Shown here: positions 21,463 to 29,841 of the stretch, piece after piece
Numbering within the stretch: position 1 is the stretch's first letter
How the letters are laid out: the number at the start of each line of letters is the position of its first letter
Origin: Desulfatiglandales bacterium
Lineage (GTDB): Bacteria; Desulfobacterota; DSM-4660; Desulfatiglandales; HGW-15
Direction: 5' to 3'
DNA: 64,000 nt
Assembly: GCA_963667015.2 (NCBI GenBank)
Contig: CAXXJJ010000004.1
Coordinates: forward strand, 1,440,001 to 1,504,000
Translations under genes and position numbers: made by a program
Notes under the pieces: generated by a model
What the model saw: the letters and a program-made list of their open reading frames with translations, nothing else
Databases searched by the model: none
What the model was told of the DNA's origin: nothing

Positions 21463-22506
21463 CTAAAGCCCAAAGAATAGTTCCTGATCAAAGGGCTTCC
21501 TGTTCTTCAACATAAAATATACTGCACGACCCAGCTTGTGTGCCAGGATAGATAATGCTTTGCCTTTGCCGTATTTATTTGCATGCTTATCCAGATATTT
21601 TTTTGCCTGCTTATTACCCCGGATAAATAGAACTGCTGCTTCGGAAAAAGCCCATTTTAGATGAGCATTTCCTATCTTCTTGCCACTTGAGCCATATTTT
21701 TTACCATTTGATTCCTTTGAGCATTTTACAAGCCTGCAATAGGAAGCAAAATCCTGGACAGTCGGAAATCTGTTAATATCATTAATTTCATAAAGAATTA
21801 CCATAGATAAAATCTTCCCTATTCCGCTGATAGTGTTAAGTATAGCAAGAGATATTGGGTCATGATGCCTTGCCGTTTTTACGATGTTCCATTCCATGGA
21901 AGCAATAATAGGATCATAGGCTTCAATCACCTGAAGATCGACAGCTACCATATTTTGCACGGAAGGGTCATCAAACTTCTCTACAACTCCTTCACGATGT
22001 TTAGGTCTGGAGATTTTACCGATAGAATCATCCAGAAGATACTGGCTCCTTGTATTTTGTATATGGCTGAAGAGTTCAGCCCTTTTTCTCACCAGATGAG
22101 TTCGTCTTCTCAAAAGATCTCTTGTAGATCTCATTTTTTGAGGGTATACATATGCTTGAGGTAACATTCCACCTCTGAGAATAACCGCTATTTTATGTGA
22201 ATCGATTCTATCATTTTTAGCTTTGCCACCATGTATGGCTTTCATGTATAATGCGTGGCCAAGAACGAAAGGGATATTTTCTTCAGAGCATAGATCTGCG
22301 ATCCAGTACCATGTAAACATACACTCGACACAGACGACAATGTCTTCCCTGTATGGTTCAATGACTTTAAGGAATACTTCCCTGTCAGTTTTTATGTTTC
22401 TGTGAACCATTTTTTCTCCTGCTTCATCAAGAATGCAGACATACATTTTGTTTGTGTGAAGATCGATTCCGCAATAGTATTTGTGTTGTTTTGTATAAAA
22501 ATTCAT
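21463..22506 (-). CDS. IS110-family DEDD transposase/recombinase (start MNFYTK at 22506)
   Basis: GIDLH, VE, KNDRID DEDD residues; ISGIG HhH; ESNGK serine loop; GNAHLKWA; AHKLGRAVY; AAGGAG RBS. Confidence 0.95.
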   Translation of the reverse strand: MNFYTKQHKYYCGIDLHTNKMYVCILDEAGEKMVHRNIKTDREVFLKVIEPYREDIVVCVECMFTWYWIADLCSEENIPFVLGHALYMKAIHGGKAKNDRIDSHKIAVILRGGMLPQAYVYPQKMRSTRDLLRRRTHLVRKRAELFSHIQNTRSQYLLDDSIGKISRPKHREGVVEKFDDPSVQNMVAVDLQVIEAYDPIIASMEWNIVKTARHHDPISLAILNTISGIGKILSMVILYEINDINRFPTVQDFASYCRLVKCSKESNGKKYGSSGKKIGNAHLKWAFSEAAVLFIRGNKQAKKYLDKHANKYGKGKALSILAHKLGRAVYFMLKNRKPFDQELFFGL

Positions 22507-22708
22507 CTGGCCTTCTCCTTTTTTAATGGGTTTTTGTTTTTTTTCGAGAATGAACTTTACCACATTAGGGGAGGAGGCCTTAAACATTATCAAAACGTTC
22601 TACCCGACCCACGACGGCTTCGCCGCGCGGGCCGGTAAACTTGTCGTTATTTGTATTTAAGGTATTTCACTTTTTCTTACTGTGAACAGTTAAGGAGGAA
22701 TAAAAATA

Positions 22709-22921
22709 ATGAAAATTAAGATGTTTTCTACAATCCTTTATGGAGAAGTTATAGGTTTTGCAAAAAGACGATTAAGTGAACCTCTCCATACCGAATTGGA
22801 AAATGAAATACAGGAATGGCTTGCACAAAAACCAAATATTAAAATCCATGATATAAAACAATCTATGTCTGGTGGTAGTATTGCTGCGCCTAAAGTTGTT
22901 GTCTCAATATTTTATGAATAA
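22709..22921 (+). CDS. Cassette 2: 70-aa hypothetical protein
   Basis: AAGGAGG RBS; fills space between attC1 R' and attC2 R''. Confidence 0.75.
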   Translation: MKIKMFSTILYGEVIGFAKRRLSEPLHTELENEIQEWLAQKPNIKIHDIKQSMSGGSIAAPKVVVSIFYE

Positions 22922-22938
22922 GCTGGTATTATCACAGC

Positions 22939-23068
22939 AAATAACCAGGCAATCAAGGTGACTTGCTAGTTTTTCTTGCCGATTGAAACTCAACAGTATC
23001 AACGGTCTTCATACTTTATCGACCATCGGCACCATTAAACCGCAAGCTCCTTATCGCCGCCGTTAAGA
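22939..23068 (+). repeat. attC site 2 (130 bp)
   Basis: AAATAAC (complement of preceding GTTATTT), AATCAAGG...CCTTATC, GTTAAGA. Confidence 0.88.
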
Positions 23069-23085
23069 TTTCAAGGAGACTCAAA

Positions 23086-23358
23086 ATGATATCTTTATTT
23101 GGAATAATTGGTGTGATTTTTTTCTTTACTGTACTGTTTAAAGTTTCAAAAAGAAGATCAACTTGGAAAGGTAAAAATACGAAAATATTTAATGCGTATA
23201 GTTTATTAATTGCAGGCTATGCAGTTTATATTTTCATTGATAGCTTTTTTTTAAAGACTAGATTCCATGACTCCGGGTTATCAACCAGCATATTTATGTA
23301 TCTACTGGCATTTTATTTCCTATGGAGTTACAAACTCGGTGCTCCAAAAGAAACTTAA
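23086..23358 (+). CDS. Cassette 3: 90-aa small membrane protein (3 TM)
   Basis: AAGGAG RBS; three hydrophobic segments; stop TAA lies within attC3 R''. Confidence 0.75.
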   Translation: MISLFGIIGVIFFFTVLFKVSKRRSTWKGKNTKIFNAYSLLIAGYAVYIFIDSFFLKTRFHDSGLSTSIFMYLLAFYFLWSYKLGAPKET

Positions 23359-23482
23359 CCATAAATTCAAGGTGACCTGGCTACTATATCGCCGAGCAAG
23401 CAGAGTCAATATTATCAACTGTCTTGGGAGTTTGAAGTAAGTCGCCATAAAACCGCCAGGCTCCTTAATTTCACCGTTAAGC
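23353..23482 (+). repeat. attC site 3 (130 bp)
   Basis: ACTTAAC, ATTCAAGG-TGAC-CTGG...CCAG-GCT-CCTTAAT, GTTAAGC; visibly similar to attC2. Confidence 0.9.
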
Positions 23483-23499
23483 CACTCAATGGGAGGCAT

Positions 23500-24192
23500 A
23501 TGGATATAACTTCTGAAGAACGTATTGTAGCTTATGTTGATGTAATAGGTTGGAGCGAAGCATTTGACACCATCGGACATGACGCACTTGTTACAGTTGC
23601 TCGATCAATAGCAGATCATAAAGCTAAATTTTCCCCCTCATTGAAAGCAGACATTAGTACTTGGGACAAGTCCATGAATGCTAACCACGACATAATTATT
23701 CAAAAGGGATATTATGGAATAAACTTTTCATTTGTCTCCGATAATTTCGTGGTATCTGCGCCAAAAGAATATCTTAAAGATCTGCTCTCAGTTACAAAGT
23801 GGGCTTGTATGTGCCTACTTGTAGACCATGGTTTCCCTACGAGAGGAGGTATCACCTTTGGCATTTTTACTCATGACATGGAGCATGACATTGCTATAGG
23901 AAAACCTTTAGTTGAAGCAGTTGATATCGAGAAGCATACCCATATGCCGCGAGTAACACTTTCTGATACTGTCAGACAACTGGTTGATTGCAACGGCTTA
24001 TCGGAACTAATATACTTTGATGGTGAGAAATGGGTCTTGAACATAGCAAATGTTTCTGATGTTTGGCTTAGTGAGAGCCGCAGAAGGATAAAAACCGCAC
24101 TAGCATCTGGGTTAGATGAATCAAAAGCTGAAAAATGGAACTACCTGGCCGAACACTTACCCAAAATGGCCAGTGACCAGAATAAGGCTTAA
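23500..24192 (+). CDS. Cassette 4: stand-alone class III nucleotide-cyclase-like protein
   Basis: VAYVDVIGWS, FVSDNFV, RGGITFG, G..LVEA..IEK pattern of the adenylate/guanylate cyclase fold; GGAGG RBS. Confidence 0.6.
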   Translation: MDITSEERIVAYVDVIGWSEAFDTIGHDALVTVARSIADHKAKFSPSLKADISTWDKSMNANHDIIIQKGYYGINFSFVSDNFVVSAPKEYLKDLLSVTKWACMCLLVDHGFPTRGGITFGIFTHDMEHDIAIGKPLVEAVDIEKHTHMPRVTLSDTVRQLVDCNGLSELIYFDGEKWVLNIANVSDVWLSESRRRIKTALASGLDESKAEKWNYLAEHLPKMASDQNKA

Positions 24193-24313
24193 CAAATAAT
24201 TCAACCCGACGTGCTTACTATCTTGCCAAATCGAGCTTTAAAGGTTTGCAGTATTCAAACTTCTAAAAGCCTTTATTGGCGGGCATCGCACGCCGGTTAA
24301 TTCGCCGTTAAAA
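24187..24313 (+). repeat. attC site 4 (127 bp)
   Basis: GCTTAAC (exact complement of preceding GTTAAGC), ATTCAACC-CGAC-GTGC...GCAC-GCC-GGTTAAT, GTTAAAA. Confidence 0.92.
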
Positions 24314-24547
24314 GCTGAAAGGCTATAATGAAGAAAGCATCATTTACGGTATTTGGGGAAGTAGGAAATATTTCCCAAATCCCCAAATAGCAGGTATAAA
24401 AATAATATTCCGGGCTGAATTGATGTCTATTTACAAAAATTGGCAAGATTGCCAAAAGTTGTAAATAGAAAATAAGAATCAAAATATTGTTGTAATAATA
24501 ACTGGTTATCAAAAACACAAGGTCGGTAAATAGCGGGCAAAATCGGC
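24308..24547 (+). other. Cassette 5: ORF-less (at most a 20-codon ORF) cassette with two strong hairpins
   Basis: Bounded by GTTAAAA and TTTTAAC; hairpins at 24350-24389 and 24426-24469. Confidence 0.75.
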
Positions 24548-24635
24548 TTTTAACCTGTCGCTTCACAAGACCACGAGGGGCTTCTTTCAATTTTTGCTGA
24601 GCATCTCGGCGTGGCTTGTGAGCTGGCCGTTATGA
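24548..24635 (+). repeat. attC site 5 (88 bp)
   Basis: TTTTAAC, GCTTCACAAG-A-CCACG...CGTGG-CTTGTGAGC, GTTATGA. Confidence 0.92.
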
Positions 24636-24645
24636 AAGGATAAGT

Positions 24646-25503
24646 ATGAAAAAGATATTTACCTTTTTATTAATTGTATTTTTTTTATTCATCTCATTAT
24701 CTTATGGGCTTGAGAACGATAAATTACATGTCACTTATTTAGCAAATGAAGGTTTTTTGATCGAGGGCGATGGTAAAAAGATACTCATTGATGCATTATT
24801 CGACGATAAGACTATTGATTTTTGTGACGTTCCTTCTGAAGAAATATTAAAAAAAATGTTAACAGGTAAAACTCCATTTAATGATGTTGACTTATTACTC
24901 GTCACACATCAACATCGTGATCATTTTAATAAAGACTTAGTTATAACCTACCTTAAAAACAATAAGAACTGTAATTTAGTAGGTCCTCAACAAGTGTATG
25001 ATCAATTAAGTGAATTCAAAATATTCGATAAAATGAAAAATCGTATCCATTCAATCACTCCCCCATATGGTCGCAGTGAAGATATAATTATTAATGGTAT
25101 TAAGCTTTTAACATTACGATTTCAGCATACTTCGTCTTTTGTAACTGATGAACAAACCGGTGAAAAAGTAGATCGACATAAAAATATACAGAATTTAGGC
25201 TTTGTGATTAATATAGGGAATTATAAAATTTTACATACTGGTGATTCATTTGTACAAAATATAGAAGAATACAAATCCTATAGATTAGATAAAGAAAAAA
25301 TTGATATTGCATTTTTAGCATGGTTTTTGGAGCCTCCTAGAATAGAAGCGGTAAATAACTATATCAAACCACAGAATATAATTGTGATGCACCTCTCAAA
25401 AGATAAACAAATATTTTTTAAGTTAAGGGATATGCATCAAAGTAATCTGGCACAAATTACAATATTTACTGAAGAACTCGAAAAAAAAGAATTCAATAAG
25501 TAG
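24646..25503 (+). CDS. Cassette 6: exported MBL-fold metallo-hydrolase
   Basis: Signal peptide; YLANEGFLI, THQHRDH, HTGD, VMH; very AT-rich. Confidence 0.85.
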   Translation: MKKIFTFLLIVFFLFISLSYGLENDKLHVTYLANEGFLIEGDGKKILIDALFDDKTIDFCDVPSEEILKKMLTGKTPFNDVDLLLVTHQHRDHFNKDLVITYLKNNKNCNLVGPQQVYDQLSEFKIFDKMKNRIHSITPPYGRSEDIIINGIKLLTLRFQHTSSFVTDEQTGEKVDRHKNIQNLGFVINIGNYKILHTGDSFVQNIEEYKSYRLDKEKIDIAFLAWFLEPPRIEAVNNYIKPQNIIVMHLSKDKQIFFKLRDMHQSNLAQITIFTEELEKKEFNK

Positions 25504-25517
25504 CTAAATTATTTCAT

Positions 25518-25945
25518 ATCGGGATAGGAAGTAGCCTCACGACTACTCCCTCCCACACCACGCAGCATACGGGTCCGTACAACGCGGTTCGGCTGATCCA
25601 GGCAGTAATCAGTTCCAGGGGAACACAAGCCCAAGTGATGAAAAGTATTTATTAGGTAGTGCCTACTGAACCCATTCAACTCTGCTCATTCTCCATGGAC
25701 CCTTTCGGGCACATCCGGTAGTAACAGCTTCATCTTTTCTAACTCCTCTTTTGAGGAGTTCACCTACACGGGTTCTGCGGTTCTTCCAGTGTTTCCAGAT
25801 GACTGCCCGAAGGCGTCGTCTGATCCAATGGGGCAGAAGCTTTAATCGGTTGTAGGACTCGGCAATGCCATAGTAGTTCCACCAACCTCTCATATAATCA
25901 TTAAGCTCGCTCATCACCTGCACTATACATAAGCGTGTGAGCAAC
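25518..25945 (-). mobile_element. 3' remnant of a group IIC intron inserted in attC6 R'' box
   Basis: Minus strand DV GAACCGCGTTGTACGGACCCGTATGCTGCGTGGTGTGGGAGG (CGC triad), DVI GAGTAGTCGTGAGGCTACTTCCTATCCCGAT; junction next to TCAT of expected TCATAAC; left boundary approximate. Confidence 0.9.
25609..25945 (-). pseudogene. Group II intron RT/maturase C-terminal fragment with in-frame TAG at 25663-65
   Basis: ELN.YMRGWWNYY, WIRRRLR..IWK.WK, RKGPWRMS, then TAG followed by ALPNKYF..LGL; RT domain absent. Confidence 0.88.
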
Positions 25946-26329
25946 CCACCTTTTCCCGCCGGCAACAACATGTTAACATCTCCCTTATAAAGGGGGCTCC
26001 TAATAGCTCATGGGCTTATAAGTAATTAATAGGGGTAAAAAATAGTTTTAAATTGATAAAATATCGAAGATAAAAATAAGTAAAAATGAGTAAAATACAT
26101 TAAAGAGCTAAACGAAGATTTGTTTCCTTTACAAAAATATCCAGATTGTGTCACCGCAGGAAGCCTGTCAGGTTATCAAGGCTTTCAAGATATTCGGGAG
26201 ATATATGACTATCGCGCGTCAGGGATAGTTAAGTCTTGCCCTCCCTTGCTTCTCTTTTTTAATGTTCAGGATATAAAATAACGCATTCAAGCAGGTTGGA
26301 TAATGCGAAACCACCCTATATCATAAAGA

Positions 26330-26866
26330 CTATGACCCATCCTCCAGTCCAAACACATTTGTTATTGTGTTGATGTAATTAAAATAGGCTGTTATTGCCA
26401 CAGCTTCAAGAACCTGGGAGTCACTGTACCCGGCGTTTCTCACACTGTCGATATCGGATTTCAGGATCTTGTAGTTTTCTTTTCCCGATGCCCTGATACA
26501 GAATTTCAAAAGGATTTTTTCACCTTCATTACAGTCTATGTTATCAACCCCTTTGAGCACCTCATTAATCTGTTCCTCGCTCATACCCAGTCTTTTAGAC
26601 AGGCTTTTATGCAGGTTTACACATATTTTACAACTGTTTTCCATTGAAACAAGAATGGCAATACGCTCCTTGGTTGTGAAGGGGAGTTCCGTTCTGGAAA
26701 ACAGGTATGCCCTGACCATATTATTTGTGGCAAGGAATATGTCTTCGTTCATTGCAAGCAGCCTGGTTGTTTCATCCAGTTCATTCTGTTTCTTCAGTAT
26801 GGGTTTTACCCATTTTTGAATTTCAGGTGTCATGTCTACAAATTCAGGCAGATTAATGTGCGCCAT
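26330..26866 (-). CDS. AhpD/carboxymuconolactone decarboxylase-family (peroxidase-related) protein
   Basis: KERIA..VS..NSCKICV.LH, GYSD..VLE, FNY.N. Confidence 0.82.
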   Translation of the reverse strand: MAHINLPEFVDMTPEIQKWVKPILKKQNELDETTRLLAMNEDIFLATNNMVRAYLFSRTELPFTTKERIAILVSMENSCKICVNLHKSLSKRLGMSEEQINEVLKGVDNIDCNEGEKILLKFCIRASGKENYKILKSDIDSVRNAGYSDSQVLEAVAITAYFNYINTITNVFGLEDGS

Positions 26867-26925
26867 TTATTCTCTCCTTGTTTTATAAATATAAACCTCA
26901 AAAAAAGTGCCATGTCAAACAGAGG

Positions 26926-28065
26926 TTAAGAAAATTCCTTTATTGTGCCATCAGGCAGCATATTGTCAGGATGATATTCTCCCTTTTTATCCATCCTGTA
27001 CCTTATACATTTACGGTTATTTACCAGGCAATAATTCTCTATCCAGTATCTGTCCAGTCTGCCCTCTTCAGTATATGTCTTTATGGGGCAGACAGGATAC
27101 CATTTGCACGGTTTAATCTTTCCCTCTCTTATCAATAATTCCCATCCCCTTGCCCTGTATTCTTCAAGGCCTGCCCTTCCCTGTTCATATTCTTTATGCC
27201 ACGTATCGTGAACCGGAAGCAATTCAAAAAGCTTATTTCTCCAGGCCTCAAGAAAAAGAGCCCCCTTTTCCATAAAATCCGCAGCGCAAATCACATTGTT
27301 TTTTGCGCATGATTTCAATCTTTCAAGCCACGTTATACCTCCTTCAAAACGCAGAAGGTGGTGATCCAATATTAATGTTTCAACATATTCTGATAACTTT
27401 AGCGAGTTTTTCCAGGCGGCTTTTGAAAGCGATTCAAAAGATAATGAAGAGAGATATAAAGGAGGGCCTGAAGCCAGGACAATATCCGGTTTCCAGTTTG
27501 TTATGATTTCTATTGTTTCATGATCCAGGAGCTGAATATCCGATGCATGAACAAAGGTTGTGCCATTTTCCTCGATCCTGCTCATTATTACTGACTTATT
27601 GTTGTTTTCTCTTTGTCCGTGTGGAACAGGAAAAGAAAACTCAATGGGACCTTCTTTTATTCCTTCGGCATTCCGCATTAATTGTTTTGCCGCCTCGACC
27701 AGTTTTTCCCGCCTTATCTGGTGAGTCGATGAACAATTTTTTTGAGATTTTGCCCAGATTCGGCATGCTGACAGACTTTTTTCAACATCATTTATTCCGA
27801 GCTGATAGGGATTGGGATTGTATAAGGGACAATGATCCCCGTCAAAATGGCTTATGATTATATCGGTCGCACCTTTTAGCTCCATTATAATCTGCTTCCT
27901 GATTCCCGCCCCAACAGCGATCTGAAAAGGGTGGGGGAAAAGACCGTGGCGGAAAAATCCCAGTGCTATACCGGGATCAATGATTATTTTTCTATTGTCC
28001 AGTTCCACGACGCAGGAAAGCCCCCTGACACCCAGAGATTCAGCCCCCAGAATCTTAATGATCAT
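26926..28065 (-). CDS. MBL-fold hydrolase (UPF0282-like) with C-terminal Cys-rich domain
   Basis: AESLGVRG, IDPG, SHF.GDH, HASDIQ, DHHLLR; tail CKWY.VCP..YC..CIRY. Confidence 0.75.
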   Translation of the reverse strand: MIIKILGAESLGVRGLSCVVELDNRKIIIDPGIALGFFRHGLFPHPFQIAVGAGIRKQIIMELKGATDIIISHFDGDHCPLYNPNPYQLGINDVEKSLSACRIWAKSQKNCSSTHQIRREKLVEAAKQLMRNAEGIKEGPIEFSFPVPHGQRENNNKSVIMSRIEENGTTFVHASDIQLLDHETIEIITNWKPDIVLASGPPLYLSSLSFESLSKAAWKNSLKLSEYVETLILDHHLLRFEGGITWLERLKSCAKNNVICAADFMEKGALFLEAWRNKLFELLPVHDTWHKEYEQGRAGLEEYRARGWELLIREGKIKPCKWYPVCPIKTYTEEGRLDRYWIENYCLVNNRKCIRYRMDKKGEYHPDNMLPDGTIKEFS

Positions 28066-28070
28066 TTTTT

Positions 28071-28895
28071 CTAATCCTCAAACACCTGATATATTACATG
28101 TCCGCAGGACTTGCAGTGGGAGGCGTCCCTGTCATGGTATCTCAGGCCGCATCCCTGGCATATAACATCTGCCTTTGCGGACATATGCACCCACTCCTTA
28201 ACGATCTGGCTTACCCTCCATGGAATAAAGATAATGCCCGATAGAATCATTATTACCGTCACATTTCTCCCCCACCGGGTAACCGGCGTGATGTCGCCGA
28301 AACCCACTGTGGTCAGGGTAACAACTGAAAAATAAAATGCATCTCCAAATGTCTGAACTTTATCATTGAGTCCATTTTCAAAGTAATAGAACCAACCGGA
28401 AGAGATAAAGAAGATCATAAATATGATTAAACACAGTTTTACCACCTGCAGTACATGAGTGGTAATACTGCCGAAGAAAAAATCAGGATCTGCAGTAAAT
28501 CTCAGAAACCTGAAAATTCTGAGAACCCTTATAATCCTTATAAATTTAATAAGTGTAAAATCAAACTCAATTCCAAAGTATGGGGATACCATAAGGGCGA
28601 GTGTCGGCAGGATGGCAATAAGATCAATAATACTGTAGATATCGATGAGCTGTTTAAACCTGTTTTCGGAACCATAGAGTCTTGCCGCATATTCAATGAC
28701 AAAGAAAAATACTATTATCTGCTCCATCTGCCACAGGAGAGATAATGTTGATTCGGATTCCACATAGGTTTCAATAACCAGAAATGCGCATATGAAAAGA
28801 TTCAGGAGGATAATGAAGATATCAATGATCTTCCCAAGAGGGGTTTTACAGTCAACAAGATAGAACTGGATGGTTTCCCTAAAACCGTTTTTCAT
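28071..28895 (-). CDS. Voltage-gated potassium channel / ion transporter
   Basis: S4 RIIRVLRIFRFLR, filter TTVGFGD, C-terminal CxxC..CxxC. Confidence 0.9.
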   Translation of the reverse strand: MKNGFRETIQFYLVDCKTPLGKIIDIFIILLNLFICAFLVIETYVESESTLSLLWQMEQIIVFFFVIEYAARLYGSENRFKQLIDIYSIIDLIAILPTLALMVSPYFGIEFDFTLIKFIRIIRVLRIFRFLRFTADPDFFFGSITTHVLQVVKLCLIIFMIFFISSGWFYYFENGLNDKVQTFGDAFYFSVVTLTTVGFGDITPVTRWGRNVTVIMILSGIIFIPWRVSQIVKEWVHMSAKADVICQGCGLRYHDRDASHCKSCGHVIYQVFED

Positions 28896-29037
28896 TATGA
28901 ATCACCTCTTTTGTTATTTACATCCAGACTGAAAAGACCGATCTGCCTGAATTCATTCCCCGAATATTATTGAACCATATAAATAAGACTACCCATGTAA
29001 TCCAATCTTCTGTCTATCCGGGATTCAAGTCCTGACT

Positions 29038-29841
29038 CTATTCTTTTTCCGCTTCAAGTATAAATGACAAAGGTATTTCTTTATTGTTCAGCCCGGTAAA
29101 AAGACCGGACACATCATTATCGAACTCATCTAAACCGGTTATATTCAATCCTGATTTACATATTGCATTGATTATTTTAGCAAATGGGTGTGTATAGCTT
29201 GTGAATGTTTTTGATTCATATCGCTTTTTAGTGATGTAATAAATACCGGAATTCTCAATCCATTCCTTATTAAAATATGAGTTAATTAATTTTGCGGGAT
29301 CAGATTCATCAAAATCAGCTTCTCCGGTCGCTCCAAACATGTTTGTTACCGGATGCATCTCATTAATAATCAGGATACCATTTCTTGTCAGGCACCTTGA
29401 CACTACACTAAAAAAAACATCCAGATTTTTAAACCAGCTTATAGCCCCTACAGTTATAATGATCAGATCAAACCGTTTAAAATATTCTTCCCCGATATCA
29501 AGAATATTGACCTGTATGAATTTACAGTTTATCCCTGAGTCCCCTGCTTTTTTATTTGCAAAATCTATCTGATTCTCAGCAATGTCAAAACCGAACCCTT
29601 CCCTTGCGCCGCTGTTTTTCACAAGAGAAAGCAGTTCACGCCCGTTGTTACAACAGAACTGGGCCACGGTTTTGCCCTTCAGATCATACTTCTTTAAAAC
29701 CTCGATCATCTCCGGCTGAAAAAATGGATATTTTTCATTCTTTATTCTATCGGGTATGTCATCGCCCCAGCCTTCAGATCTGTTATCAAATGCCTCTTCC
29801 CAGGCCTCTTTATTTGTATCTATATAATTCATGGCAGGCAT
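29038..29841 (-). CDS. Class I SAM-dependent methyltransferase
   Basis: QFCCNNGRE, GFDIAE, FDLI, NEMHP. Confidence 0.8.
   Translation of the reverse strand: MPAMNYIDTNKEAWEEAFDNRSEGWGDDIPDRIKNEKYPFFQPEMIEVLKKYDLKGKTVAQFCCNNGRELLSLVKNSGAREGFGFDIAENQIDFANKKAGDSGINCKFIQVNILDIGEEYFKRFDLIIITVGAISWFKNLDVFFSVVSRCLTRNGILIINEMHPVTNMFGATGEADFDESDPAKLINSYFNKEWIENSGIYYITKKRYESKTFTSYTHPFAKIINAICKSGLNITGLDEFDNDVSGLFTGLNNKEIPLSFILEAEKE

Larger units (their letters stand above)
20833..22590 (-). mobile_element. Complete IS110-family (IS1111-like architecture) insertion sequence
   Basis: Flanked by CA on both sides (20831-32, 22591-92); sub-terminal IR TAAGGCCTCC (20837-46) / GGAGGCCTTA (22573-82); transposase plus long 3' non-coding region. 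Confidence 0.9.
20825..22652 (+). repeat. attC site 1, split by IS insertion (left part 20825-20832, right part 22591-22652)
   Basis: Removing the IS rebuilds GCCGAAC-AAAAC-GTTCTACC...GGTAAAC-TTGTC-GTTATTT, a canonical attC with the extrahelical base in L''. Confidence 0.88.

Noticed and set aside
22507..22593. N-terminal extension of the transposase in the ORF track
   Set aside because: It runs over the IS end into the target; the RBS and ATG at 22506 fit better
24297..24590. 97-aa minus-strand ORF over cassette 5
   Set aside because: Starts and ends inside attC sites, non-ATG start, no RBS, low-complexity translation
22939..24635. Recurring palindromic repeats as a CRISPR array
   Set aside because: Repeats are 88-130 bp, divergent and separated by whole genes; the attC architecture explains them; no cas genes in the window
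24646..25503. Cassette MBL as a carbapenemase-type beta-lactamase
   Set aside because: The THxHxDH/HTGD/MH layout fits generic UlaG-like hydrolases; resistance cannot be inferred
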